From: a virus
IMG/VR virus record: IMGVR_UViG_3300025865_000006
Coordinates: 32,001-96,000 of that record
Reading direction: 5' to 3' (one strand)
DNA length: 64,000 nucleotides
The stretch's first letter is position 1. Every line of letters starts with the position of its first letter. This document shows positions 30,139 through 39,657 of the stretch, piece after piece. The position numbers and the translations under genes are program-made. The notes under the pieces were generated by a model that was not told the origin of the DNA, did no database searches, and was given only the letters and a program-made list of their open reading frames with translations.

Positions 30139-30708
30139 TTACTGGTTGCCCATCGCTGCGTTAACCGCTGCACGAAGGCGAGAAAGAGCCTCAGGGTTAA
30201 TTCCCTTAAGAGTAGTCTCATCGATATCGTCCAGACTATCGAGGCGGAAAATCTTCCGCTTGGGACCACGCTTTTTCAGGAGATTGCGATTAGCCTTATA
30301 ATTGGCAACCGCATCCTTAAGATATGCGGGAGTCTTAGAGGTATTATCCTCAACAGACCCGCGCCAATACTGGACCATGAGTGCCGTAATTGCAGCCACA
30401 TCTGCAAAATCGGCAGGAGCCTCACCCTGCACCCAAAAGAGTGTAGGAATGAGTTCCAGACGCCGATTATGCTTGCTGATATCCTCGACAATGGTATCCA
30501 CATCGTACTGCGGATCACACGTCAGACTATCAACAAAAACACCCTCCGGCGTCACCCGGAAACTAGCACGCGCCCCAAACAGGTGATAAAGGCCCTGCCA
30601 AGCGGCAAGGATTGCACTACCCTTATCGGGACCGTAAAACTTGACCGGAGTACCATCAACCAAAGTCTCGGTATCGGTAGCCGGTGCGGGAGCAGTAGAC
30701 CTAGCCAT
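30139..30708 (-). CDS. Hypothetical protein, relatively GC-rich, first gene of the leftward unit
   Basis: RBS GAAAGGA; own terminator; basic KKRGPKRK patch. Confidence 0.75.
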   Translation of the reverse strand: MARSTAPAPATDTETLVDGTPVKFYGPDKGSAILAAWQGLYHLFGARASFRVTPEGVFVDSLTCDPQYDVDTIVEDISKHNRRLELIPTLFWVQGEAPADFADVAAITALMVQYWRGSVEDNTSKTPAYLKDAVANYKANRNLLKKRGPKRKIFRLDSLDDIDETTLKGINPEALSRLRAAVNAAMGNQ

Positions 30709-30911
30709 TGGAATAAATATCCTTTCTTTAGATATCTACTTCCAACTTTCCCACGGTATTCACTTGTTAAGTTTCGACGGCTATCGTAGCACTCGATATC
30801 TAGGAAGATCAACTCCTGAGTTTTGTAGATCGATACTTGTTTGTTTGATCGACCCTATTCACGAGAGCTACTTTCTAGCGTTTTCGAGCCATCCCCGCCG
30901 CTGTAAGAGGT

Positions 30912-30940
30912 ACACTAGCACAACGGGTTATGAGCGTCAA
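30912..30940 (-). promoter_or_regulatory. Leftward promoter TTGACG-N17-TAGTGT
   Basis: Located in the divergent intergenic region; weak -10 with TG extension. Confidence 0.45.
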
Positions 30941-31323
30941 CATTTTCTTTCAAAGTAGCCTTTAGGCGTGGCTTATTTCCTAATTAGAGTTACGACGAAC
31001 TTTCTGTTACCATTTGGTAGTTCATTTATGATTTTAGAGTATAAAACTTTCTGCTGTTACCCTGTGGAAACTGGGAATAATTATAGGCTGTAAAAACATT
31101 TCTTTTTACCACTCATTTTTTCCCGTACAATAGCTCAGGCTTCTATTCCTATACTATTACGTATCACCTAAGCCTAGGCAAATTTACAGTCGAACTTTCC
31201 AGTCCACAACCTCCCTCGCGCGGGCGCATAAACTGCTCCCGCGTGCAGTTTATATGGCACGCCGTTGTCAGTTCCCATTTCTAGGCAATTGTTGCGAACT
31301 ACAAAACATCCCCCTATTGTCTA

Positions 31324-31351
31324 TTGACATGGCGGATATTTGTGGTATGAT
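31324..31351 (+). promoter_or_regulatory. Rightward early promoter TTGACA-N16-TATGAT
   Basis: Consensus -35 and TG-extended -10; heads the 31.4-49.4 kb block. Confidence 0.7.
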
Positions 31352-32519
31352 TCTCGTAGAGATTTGATCTGGTGGTATTGCAGCGTTTCTACGGCGGGAA
31401 AAGCCGGTCGGCCATAATGTTGAGAAAAAAGAAAGGGAATATAAATGACACCGCAAGAAATGGCTGATTTGCTGAAAAACTATGGTACTCAGCAAAGGAC
31501 TGTGGAAAAGCAAATTGTCCATCGGTTGTATAATGTTGTGATTAGGGACGGCAATCATAGCATTGTGGAAATCGAAGAGTTGGTTTCTCTGCGAAAGGCC
31601 CGAGAAATCAAGAATGAGGCTCATGCAAACGGATGTACAGCCGATATTCTTGAAGATTGGACCATTGATTGCAATGATCGAGAAATCAATCCGAAGCCGA
31701 TTATTTGCAGTCCTATTCCTGCACCACGGGTTACGGCAATGAATACGCCGAGAATTCCCGAAAAGAAAGGACAACTTCGAACTCAGCAGAATATGGCTAA
31801 GGCTCAGGATAAGTTTTCTCGAAGCCATAAGAATGTGGAAAGCGAATTCCACATGTTTCGCATTGTGAATAAGGTCTTAGAAATCGATATCCAAGATACT
31901 GAAGCGAAGATTGCTGAGTATCTGGATGGGCGCAAGGATATCAAGGACTTCAAGATCATCTATTGTGGAATTGCAACTTCGTGGGGAGTGGATGCATAAA
32001 TGAAGATCAAAATCAACTGGGAAAAGACTGGACCGCATAGCGATCTATTTCCCCGCTCTTGGTGTCGAATTGCATGTGGATCAACTTGCTTTACCAAAGG
32101 AATTGTCCAGAGGTTGATTGATGTTTCAAATAACTCTAAAACGTTGGATACGTTGGAGTGACGACGAAAATAATAATCTAGAATTCGTCGTCTGGACCGG
32201 AACAAGAAGGAAAGAAGCACGAGGACAGATAAAAGCTCATACTCACTCTATCAAGGAAATGATGGAAAAGCACGGATGGAGTGACGGACAACGATTTGAT
32301 CCCGATAGAGGAATTCTTCAGTATTGGGATGATGAAGGTGTCTGGTTTGAGCAGACGTTTGAGATGAGTGAAGTAGATGGGAAAGAAGCAGCAGTGTGAG
32401 CATGATTTCCAACATTGTAACACACAAGATACGGAATTCATCAAGTTTTTGAATGTTCCGAAACCTTGTTGTGAGCAGTGTTGGAAATGCTCCACCATCA
32501 AAAAGTGTACGGAACATTG

Positions 32520-32598
32520 ATCCAGCACTCAAAGTTGCAATCACCTATTTTAATTTACACTTTCATGTGTAGGTTGATTGCAACTTTGAGTGCTGGAT
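32520..32598. repeat. 24-bp perfect inverted repeat (long hairpin)
   Basis: ATCCAGCACTCAAAGTTGCAATCA (32520-32543) / TGATTGCAACTTTGAGTGCTGGAT (32575-32598). Confidence 0.9.
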
Positions 32599-34138
32599 TA
32601 TTTCTATAGGAGAAAAGAATGATTGACGAATACGAGGACGGATTGTACGTCGGAACACGAATAGTCTTTACTCATCCTAATAAGGATATGCTTCGAAATC
32701 AAATCGGAGCATTTCTTTGTTTGTTTCTTATGGAAGCTACTGTGACAAGCAATGAGGGTCTTGATGCTCTAATCGAAACCAAAACAGATGAATTCCTGGC
32801 CATCCTAGAGGGAAAGAGAGCGTTTTAGATGAGTCACTTTATCAATCTCGATTGGGTGTAACAATATGAAGATTTGCTCATATATGATAACTCCCTCAAT
32901 GAGATGCACAAAGGAAGAGGATCATGTATATGATCCCACTAATGATAGCCATACCTCAATCGGTACTTGGTTGGAAGTAGTCGAGATAACCGAATATGCG
33001 ATTGGGCAACTTCGTAGATTGGGGCGGGAGAATTCCGCTCAGTATTTGGAAAATCATCTGAGAAAGTTTGGATTGTAATAATGGCTGAGTTTACGAGCAT
33101 TTGGGCAGCAATTGTTTTGATTGCTGCTCTCTCTCTTGTTTGGTTGGACCTTCATAAGGATGGTTAGATTGTGGAGTGACTATGAATTCAACCTCTGTAA
33201 AGAGTGCGGAAACAAGTCGTATCACGAAAGGGGCCATTCGCATTGTCGTGATTGTTGTCTAAAGAGGATGGGAAAATGACAGAGTATTGGGAAGACGTGA
33301 TTCCTGATCCGAATGAGGATGGGGTAGAAGCGTACATGAGGTTTTGGAATAGCCTCCATGACTTCGAACCGGGTGAGCGTGATCAATATGGATCGCGTAA
33401 GTGCATTGCAAAGGTTTACCGGAAAGACGGTATTACTTATGTCTGCAATGGTGGATCGCATAGCACTTTGCACAATCCAATTGATGGTTGCTGCTTTTGT
33501 AGGCACGGAGTTTTTCTTCACACTTCATATGATATCCCTTGTGGAGCATGTGAAATGGGAGATATATACGAAGAGGATTTCGAAGAGGAACGATAATGGG
33601 AGAAATTAAGAATAGAGATTACGTCACGATGAGTAACGAGGATTTGGAGGCTCTAGAGGTTAGAGCAAATAAGGCTCTCAATGATTTGATGCAGCCAAAG
33701 ATTGATTATGTCACCGAGAAGTCTGCAATTCTGCGAAAGCAGATGAATGGTCTTGGTGATATGGAATTCCTTGCTTTGTATACTGCTGTAATGCAGTCCA
33801 GAGAAGATCGACTGATTTCTCTCCGAATGCGTTTTCCGTTTTTGCCGAGGTAAGAAAGATGAAATGTGAATGTCCTGAGGTTGGGAATGCTTACGAAGAT
33901 GATCGCCCTCTCTATGTGGAGGAAGAGTATAAGGCTATGAGCCATCTTCCTAATGAGTGCCCCGGCGATTATGGAATGGAAAAGTGGAATAGGGACGGCC
34001 AAATTCTTTGGCTTTGTAGTTGTTGCTGCCTCCCCGGTGATACTTTTGTAAAGGAAGAAGAGACAGTTTTTGAGACTCTGCATAATCACTTCCCGTGGAT
34101 CAATGCAAATGACGGTAGTGTAGACGAAGGGTTTTTCG

Positions 34139-34528
34139 ATGCCTAATCCGATTATCATTGATACCGTCTTCACTGGCGATGTGAATGACGATGAGGATGA
34201 TCCTTGTAATTGGAAGAATGTGACAATTCCCTCTAAGTATGAAGTTTGTAGTACTTGCCAAGGTGAGGGAAAGTCAAGCACATATCTTGGTGCATATACT
34301 CAGTCCGATATGGACGAGATGAGCGAAGAGTTTATTGAAGACTACTTTGCCGGTTATTATGATAAGCCTTGCACCGAATGCAAAGGAAATCGCGTAATCC
34401 TAGTTCCTGATCGTGAGAATGCTGATCCTGATCTATTGAAGGAATGGGATAAGCGAGAGGAAGAGAATTATCAGACTGAGCAGATGTATCGAATGGAGTT
34501 GGAGGCCGAATATGGTACTAACTACTAA
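34139..34528 (+). CDS. Protein with DnaJ-type CxxCxGxG zinc-finger motifs
   Basis: CSTCQGEG and CTECKGNR. Confidence 0.6.
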   Translation: MPNPIIIDTVFTGDVNDDEDDPCNWKNVTIPSKYEVCSTCQGEGKSSTYLGAYTQSDMDEMSEEFIEDYFAGYYDKPCTECKGNRVILVPDRENADPDLLKEWDKREEENYQTEQMYRMELEAEYGTNY

Positions 34529-35241
34529 GCAAACAGAGTTGCGTATCAATCAGCTTGTAAAGAAGACTCTGCTAATAGAGCGAGCTAATAAGGGTTTGGG
34601 AACCTTCCAAGATATGACTCACCCTATTGCCCAGTTTCGTACAATGATGGTTGCCCATAATGATGTGGTGGGTGTCATCAATTCTCTAATTGACTACGTT
34701 GAGGTTTTGAAGCAGCGAGTCGAGGAACTGGAAAATGGGCGCGGATAAGGAAGTTTGTTGGTGGGGAACATTCGATAATAGTCCCCGCGATCCCAAACAC
34801 TTTGTCCAAGTCGATTGGATGAGGTTTATTCATGGTGTAAACAACCTGCTAACGAATGAGGAAAATCCCGAAGAGGATACAGATTATTCTGATATTGGTG
34901 GATTTGGTTCACCTAAACTTTTAGGGAGGAACATTTATGATCGAGTCCACAAGAAGTTGTGGGCCGGTTGTGAGCAATACCCTTCCTTTACAGTTTACAC
35001 TGATAATGGGCGCAGGGAAGCATTCATTGAATGCTATGATCGAGAGATGGAAGAGATTGCAAGTCGCGTATTTGGAGAGCTTCACCCATGAACGTAGATA
35101 TGTGGTTAAGCCTAATCGATAGGATCATGTGGTTCGTCCTAATTGTTTCTGCGTTTTTCCTTGTGGGTATCGCAGCAGCGCGATTAGCACTATTTGTAGT
35201 TGATCTGCTGAAAGGTGCTCTGATATACTAATATAGAGCCA

Positions 35242-35316
35242 TCAGGGGCTAGTTTATGAGGTAAAACACCGGGTTGTGGCCCCGAAAATGGAGTTCGAGT
35301 CTCCTTCCCCTGACCA
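35242..35316 (+). tRNA. tRNA-His(GTG), atypical
   Basis: D stem GTTT/AAAC; anticodon loop TTGTGGC; T loop TTCGAGT; encoded CCA. Several stem mismatches and an A discriminator. Confidence 0.75.
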
Positions 35317-35331
35317 ATTTAGAAAGGGATG

Positions 35332-36829
35332 GTATGAAAAACAAAGTTGGAACAGGAATTCTCTTCCTACTTATTGATGTGTTTTGGTGGGTGGGGGCAG
35401 TAACAAGCTTTTATCAGGGGTTGTTCGTGGAGCATAGCAGTGATCTTATCATTCTAAATGGCCTTCTTGGTGCAATGTTTCTTGTTGCAGCAAGTTGCCT
35501 TACATTCGTCATTGCCTACTTTGTTGGTGAAGGCTTCAAAGACGAGAGGTAAATCGTGAGAAAACTTATAGTAGACGGAAAGGAGTATACCTATACTGTA
35601 GGTAAATCCTATGCGATTATCAAGTTTGAGGGCCTAAAGATCGCAACCATTCCCCTGTGTGATATAAAAGGTTCTTGGGATAACTTGGAACGTGGTCGAT
35701 GGAAGAAGACCCGCGATGGAATGGTTTTTCCAAGTGAGATAGTGGAATACATTAGAGAAAGGAAGTAGAGATGGGATGCTACATTGATCCCTTGGAAGGC
35801 ACCAAGGAACAGTTTCTTATGAAGCATGGAAAGGAAGTGTATAAGAAGGACTTTTCTTGGGGGACTAGGCCCGAATTTTGCCTTCCGGTTGTTTTGGTGG
35901 ATAACAGACAGTTTACGGCTGCCGGTGTTGCTTATTCTAAGAGAGAATTGGAAGCATTTACCGATCCAACCGATCTTCGTCCGAAGCGATACTTTTATGT
36001 TGCTCTGGATGATCTAAAGGATGTTTCTCCAATCGAAGATTATCTGAAAGACTAGGGAGTATAGTGCAAGGTATCTACGTCAATTATCGTCGGCCCAAGT
36101 CAAAGAAAGAGGTTGTTGCCGCAGTAAAGGCTAATCCAAGTAAGGTTAGTCTAGAGGCTACTTCACTTTTTGGCAATGAGTATGATGGACCTATTACCGA
36201 AATGCCTGTCGATAAGATGGTGTATGTTGTTGGTCCTGATCCATATACTGCGCGCAACTTTTATCTCAATCTGACCCGAAAGGAAGATGGAACATTCAAG
36301 GTGGCCTAATGCATGAATGCAAACTGATCAGCGTATGCGGTGAAATGCTTTGTGGCATGTGCTTTGCAGAGAAGATGGAGACTGAAAAACTGATTGCTCC
36401 AAAGCGTCCACCAATTGAGATGGTTATGATCCATAAGGTAGTTATGAGGAAAGTGAAATGAGCGATTGTCGGCACTGGTATCATGAATCGATTGACGATG
36501 TTGAGCATTGCAAGGATTGCAACGTCATTCTCGATGTGAAGCCTTTTTGGGAAGGCAAAATCACCATCGGAAAGTTGGAACATCTGTACGAAATTGAAGG
36601 TGAAGACTTTGATTTCAAGGCCCTGATTGAAGATCAGGTTGGGACAACGGTTGAAATTGATACTGTTAGGATTATGGACGGTCCAAATTATTGGGATCGT
36701 CCATACTTGGTGGTATTCACTGTTGGTAGGGCTAGGTTGACGGCAACAGTATCGGTAGCTAAGTCCGATCATTATGTTCCTACGGATCAGTTTTATACTC
36801 CCGCAGTTGAAGAGGAAGTGACTCAGTAA
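35332..36829 (+). other. Small hypothetical CDSs (~35332-35552 membrane protein, 35556-35768, 35771-36055, 36064-36309, 36458-36829)
   Basis: Operon packing with RBSs. Confidence 0.6.
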
Positions 36830-36836
36830 TAGAATA

Positions 36837-36977
36837 CGGCTAGGATACTCGGCTAGTACCCTGAAAGGCGTACGAGGGGTTACGAAAATGTCTAGCGAGT
36901 CGGTCAAGGTATAAACCGACATGATTCTACAATTGTTTGAAGTCGCACAATTGTAGAAAAGAGTCCTGATCTAAGCC
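36837..36977 (+). ncRNA. Structured RNA element (motif copy A plus 12-bp hairpin) upstream of a strong SD
   Basis: GTCGGT/ACCGAC and TTCTACAATTGT/ACAATTGTAGAA stems; shares sequence blocks with 37739-37848. Confidence 0.6.
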
Positions 36978-36994
36978 AAAAGGAGGTGAAAATC

Positions 36995-37126
36995 ATGGAA
37001 TATGTTGCAATGAAATGCGGCTTCTGCAAAGAGGAACATTATTACGGTAAGCTTGTCGAAAAAGGCAAGGAAGACGTAAAGTGCCCAAATTGCAATAAAC
37101 TTCTTGTGGTGGTACCTAAGAAGTAG
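36995..37126 (+). CDS. 43-aa zinc-ribbon protein (not in ORF track)
   Basis: Perfect SD AAGGAGGTGA; MEYVAMKCGFCKEEHYYGKLVEKGKEDVKCPNCNKLLVVVPKK. Confidence 0.8.
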   Translation: MEYVAMKCGFCKEEHYYGKLVEKGKEDVKCPNCNKLLVVVPKK

Positions 37127-37133
37127 TAATTAT

Positions 37134-37207
37134 GATGGCGAAGGTTAGGTTGGCTAGACCTAATCTATTCGATGCCGTAAGGATAGGTTCGAGTCCTATC
37201 ACTACCT
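37134..37207 (+). pseudogene. tRNA-like element / pseudo-tRNA
   Basis: Intact T arm ATAGG-TTCGAGT-CCTAT and D arm GGTT/GACC at canonical spacing. Anticodon stem is unpaired (loop ATTCGAT), acceptor 5/7 paired, no CCA. Confidence 0.55.
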
Positions 37208-37850
37208 TTAGGTAGGTCGGGTATGAGTAGCGGAATAGCCCTTCGAATAGGAAGCTAGAGCGCGAGTCCGAAATAAATATCTGATAAGATATTTATTAGG
37301 TTCTTGACTCTAGGCCAGATATTCCTTCCAGAACGGGAGGCTCTAGGCCAACGCAATTCAGTTGGTGGGTGAAAACTTTTCGGGTGCCGAGAATAAAAGC
37401 CGAAAGCCGGATAAGTAACCGGCAAATCGTTTCCTAGTTTAGAATAAACTAGGGCGGGAAATATACATTGCAGTCCCGGTATGTCAACCTGCAAACCGGA
37501 TAATGTAACCGGTACACAAATCTATCTGGTCGAAGGCTAGGGGGATTGTCCTAGCTTATCAGTGTTCAAATCCCGCTGATAAGAAGTTAGAGTTAGAAAA
37601 GACCAATCGCTGGATACGGAGAAAGCCGTGTACAATCCGTCTGCGTTAGCGGACCTGTTGTAAAACAGAGTTAGAAATAGGATGGTTCGTGACTCTAGGG
37701 CCAGAAATTTTTTACAGGCTGGATAACAGGTTTTACGTCTAGGATACTGCTCTCAATAGTCAGAGAGTAAAGTTATGCAATGCCTAGCGTGCTGGTAAAC
37801 TGCAAACGCATTGAGCGTGGTACATGTGCAGACGGATATAAACCAGACCA
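37208..37850 (+). ncRNA. Large (~640 nt) structured non-coding RNA candidate between tRNA genes
   Basis: No credible ORF; more than a dozen local hairpins plus long-range pairings (see findings). Confidence 0.7.
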
Positions 37851-37853
37851 ATT

Positions 37854-37941
37854 GGATCGGGTGAGCATGTTTTGGTACGCTCAGGTGACTGTAAATCACC
37901 CCTCTTAGAGTTTGTAGGTTCAAATCCTATCCGGTCCACCA
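37854..37941 (+). tRNA. tRNA-Tyr(GTA)
   Basis: Acceptor GGATCGG/CCGGTCC; GGTGA-CTGTAAA-TCACC anticodon arm; long variable arm; GTAGG-TTCAAAT-CCTAT; ACCA end. Confidence 0.95.
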
Positions 37942-37946
37942 AAGAT

Positions 37947-38226
37947 TTAGGTATTCGATGTAGATAATTATCGTTGGACGGAACAATAATGGCTCTCCGT
38001 GGTAGCACCACAGCGGGAAATGTGGCCGCTAAATTAGAAATAGTTTGGCGCGGTATAGCCTAGATAATTATCTACATGGAGTATCTAACTCCGTAAAGAG
38101 TACGATAGGGACGCCGATATTACCACTTGTCGTCAAGAGACTCGTGAGTCCTACCAATTGAAGTAGGTCGATGTGGAATCCCCTCACAATGCGTATACTG
38201 CTCGATAAGATGTGATATCGAGCATC
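37947..38226 (+). ncRNA. Two further structured RNA candidates (37947-38088 and ~38090-38226)
   Basis: Long closing helix ATGTAGATAATTATC/GATAATTATCTACAT; GAAA-tetraloop hairpin; downstream multi-hairpin unit. Confidence 0.55.
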
Positions 38227-38245
38227 CGATTAGTTGGAGAAAGCC

Positions 38246-39657
38246 ATGTCAGAAACTTGGGGAAAAGTTGATATACAGGTTTCGGGGGAGTCTGAAATTC
38301 ACTTAGTCCCTGTTTTGGACGGAGATGTATTATCTACTCATCAGCCTAGTACGATGTGCAAATGCCTCCCTGAGGTACTACAGGATAAAACTTGGGTAAC
38401 TAATAGTCGTGTTGTAAACCATAGAGAACCCGGTTGGGCTGGCTGTAACAAGGAAAGGGTAAATTAAAATGAGTAAACGTAGTGGTCTTTCTCTTCTTGA
38501 AGAGTTGAAGAGGGGCTGGATAGATATCGGAAGATATCGCTACATGTTTCGTAAGATTGATATGGAGACTTGGAGGGATAAGATTTGCCCTATCTGTAAT
38601 AAGGGCTTTACTAGCGAACCCAATTTTAGCTATGAAAGCTATTCAATGCATTGGGGCTGCTACGATTCAGATAAAGGAGAAAAATGGGTTTTTGACCGCG
38701 AGGACGGATACGATCTGCCCTTTAGCATCCCCCATCTACCCGAGGGTACAGATACAGATGATTTACCCTGATACGTTTATGGAGATTCTAAATGAAGCAA
38801 TTTCAGAAACTCTTTAGAGTCACATTTACTTGTGATAAATGTGCAAAAATGGAAAGCATGGAACTGACTGAGGGACAAGCAGAGGATGAGGGATATACTG
38901 GAAAGTGGTATTCCCCGCCCGGATGGGTGCTAGGGCATCTTGATGCGCGCTATACAGGAGATAGCATTCCTACATTACAGTTTTGCAGTTGCGACTGTAG
39001 AGATAGATATCTTCGAGCCTACATTACTGGTATTCAAGCAAAGTTCTTTATCTAAGAATAGGAGAAAGAAAATGATTCCGACGATTGGTAACAAGGTGGA
39101 TATCCTGCGTCATAGTGACGATAAGGGTAGGGATACCCTTACGCGAATTATGACCCCTGAGAAGCGTGCAACGCGCCACGCAAAGAGTATTCGTACAGCA
39201 AGCCATAAGCCACAGGCAAATAGCAGCGGCTATGCTTTTCGGAATTCTTGTCGAAGCTATGGCTGCACTTGTGTAAAGCATGGGTCAACGCGAAAGCGAG
39301 ACTGAAAATGAAAGAACTTTTGGTGGGCCTAGTTGTACTTAGTGTAATCTTTTTTCTCTTCGGAATGACAGCACTTACAAATAACCTTATATGGGCCTTA
39401 CCCCTAGTTCTTCCAACGGTATTCCTTATGGCCTACATGATGGGAGACACTATTTTGGATATTTGGAGGCATAGGTGAGTTGGAGGCTTTATTGCAAGTG
39501 GTGCAAGTACTGTATTGTGGTGGGTGATCGCGGAATGCGAGGCCAAGATATGGGTGCAGGGGTAGAGGCCGCTAATTATATGCAAGAACACATTGAAACG
39601 GCTCATCAAAAGACTTGGGATGAGTTTTGTAGAAAGGAAGAGAATGCTCAACGCTAG
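38246..39657 (+). other. Small hypothetical CDSs (~38246-38467, 38469-38771, 38792-39055, ~39072-39305, ~39308-39478, 39475-39657)
   Basis: Operon packing; several Zn-finger-like or membrane peptides. Confidence 0.55.

Larger units (their letters stand above)
31445..35091 (+). other. Run of small early hypothetical CDSs (31445-31999, 32118-32399, 32619-32828, 32866-33078, ~33277-33596, 33596-33853, 33859-34146, 34512-34748, 34735-35091)
   Basis: Tight packing with RBS-like purine tracts; many acidic or Cys-rich products. Confidence 0.65.

Noticed and set aside
30017-30958. Long antisense or alternate-frame ORFs (e.g. 30112-30789+, 31268-31852-, 41356-42075-, 50865-51533+, 63236-63760-)
   Set aside because: They are shadows of better-supported genes and lack RBSs or recognisable motifs.
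36860-36895. c-di-GMP-I riboswitch suggested by GAAA loop and GGGGTTAC
   Set aside because: The GCAAA junction elements and the two-stem layout are missing.
37942-38010. Theta (HDV-like) ribozyme in the tRNA-Tyr 3' trailer
   Set aside because: The trailer does not start with a G-initiated P1, and I could not build the nested double pseudoknot.
36830-38230. tmRNA, RNase P RNA, retron msr/msd or group I intron as the identity of the ncRNA island
   Set aside because: No GGGG...TCCACCA Ala-type ends, no GAGGAAAGTCC, no reverse transcriptase in the window, and no interrupted gene. A cmscan is still needed to exclude these formally.
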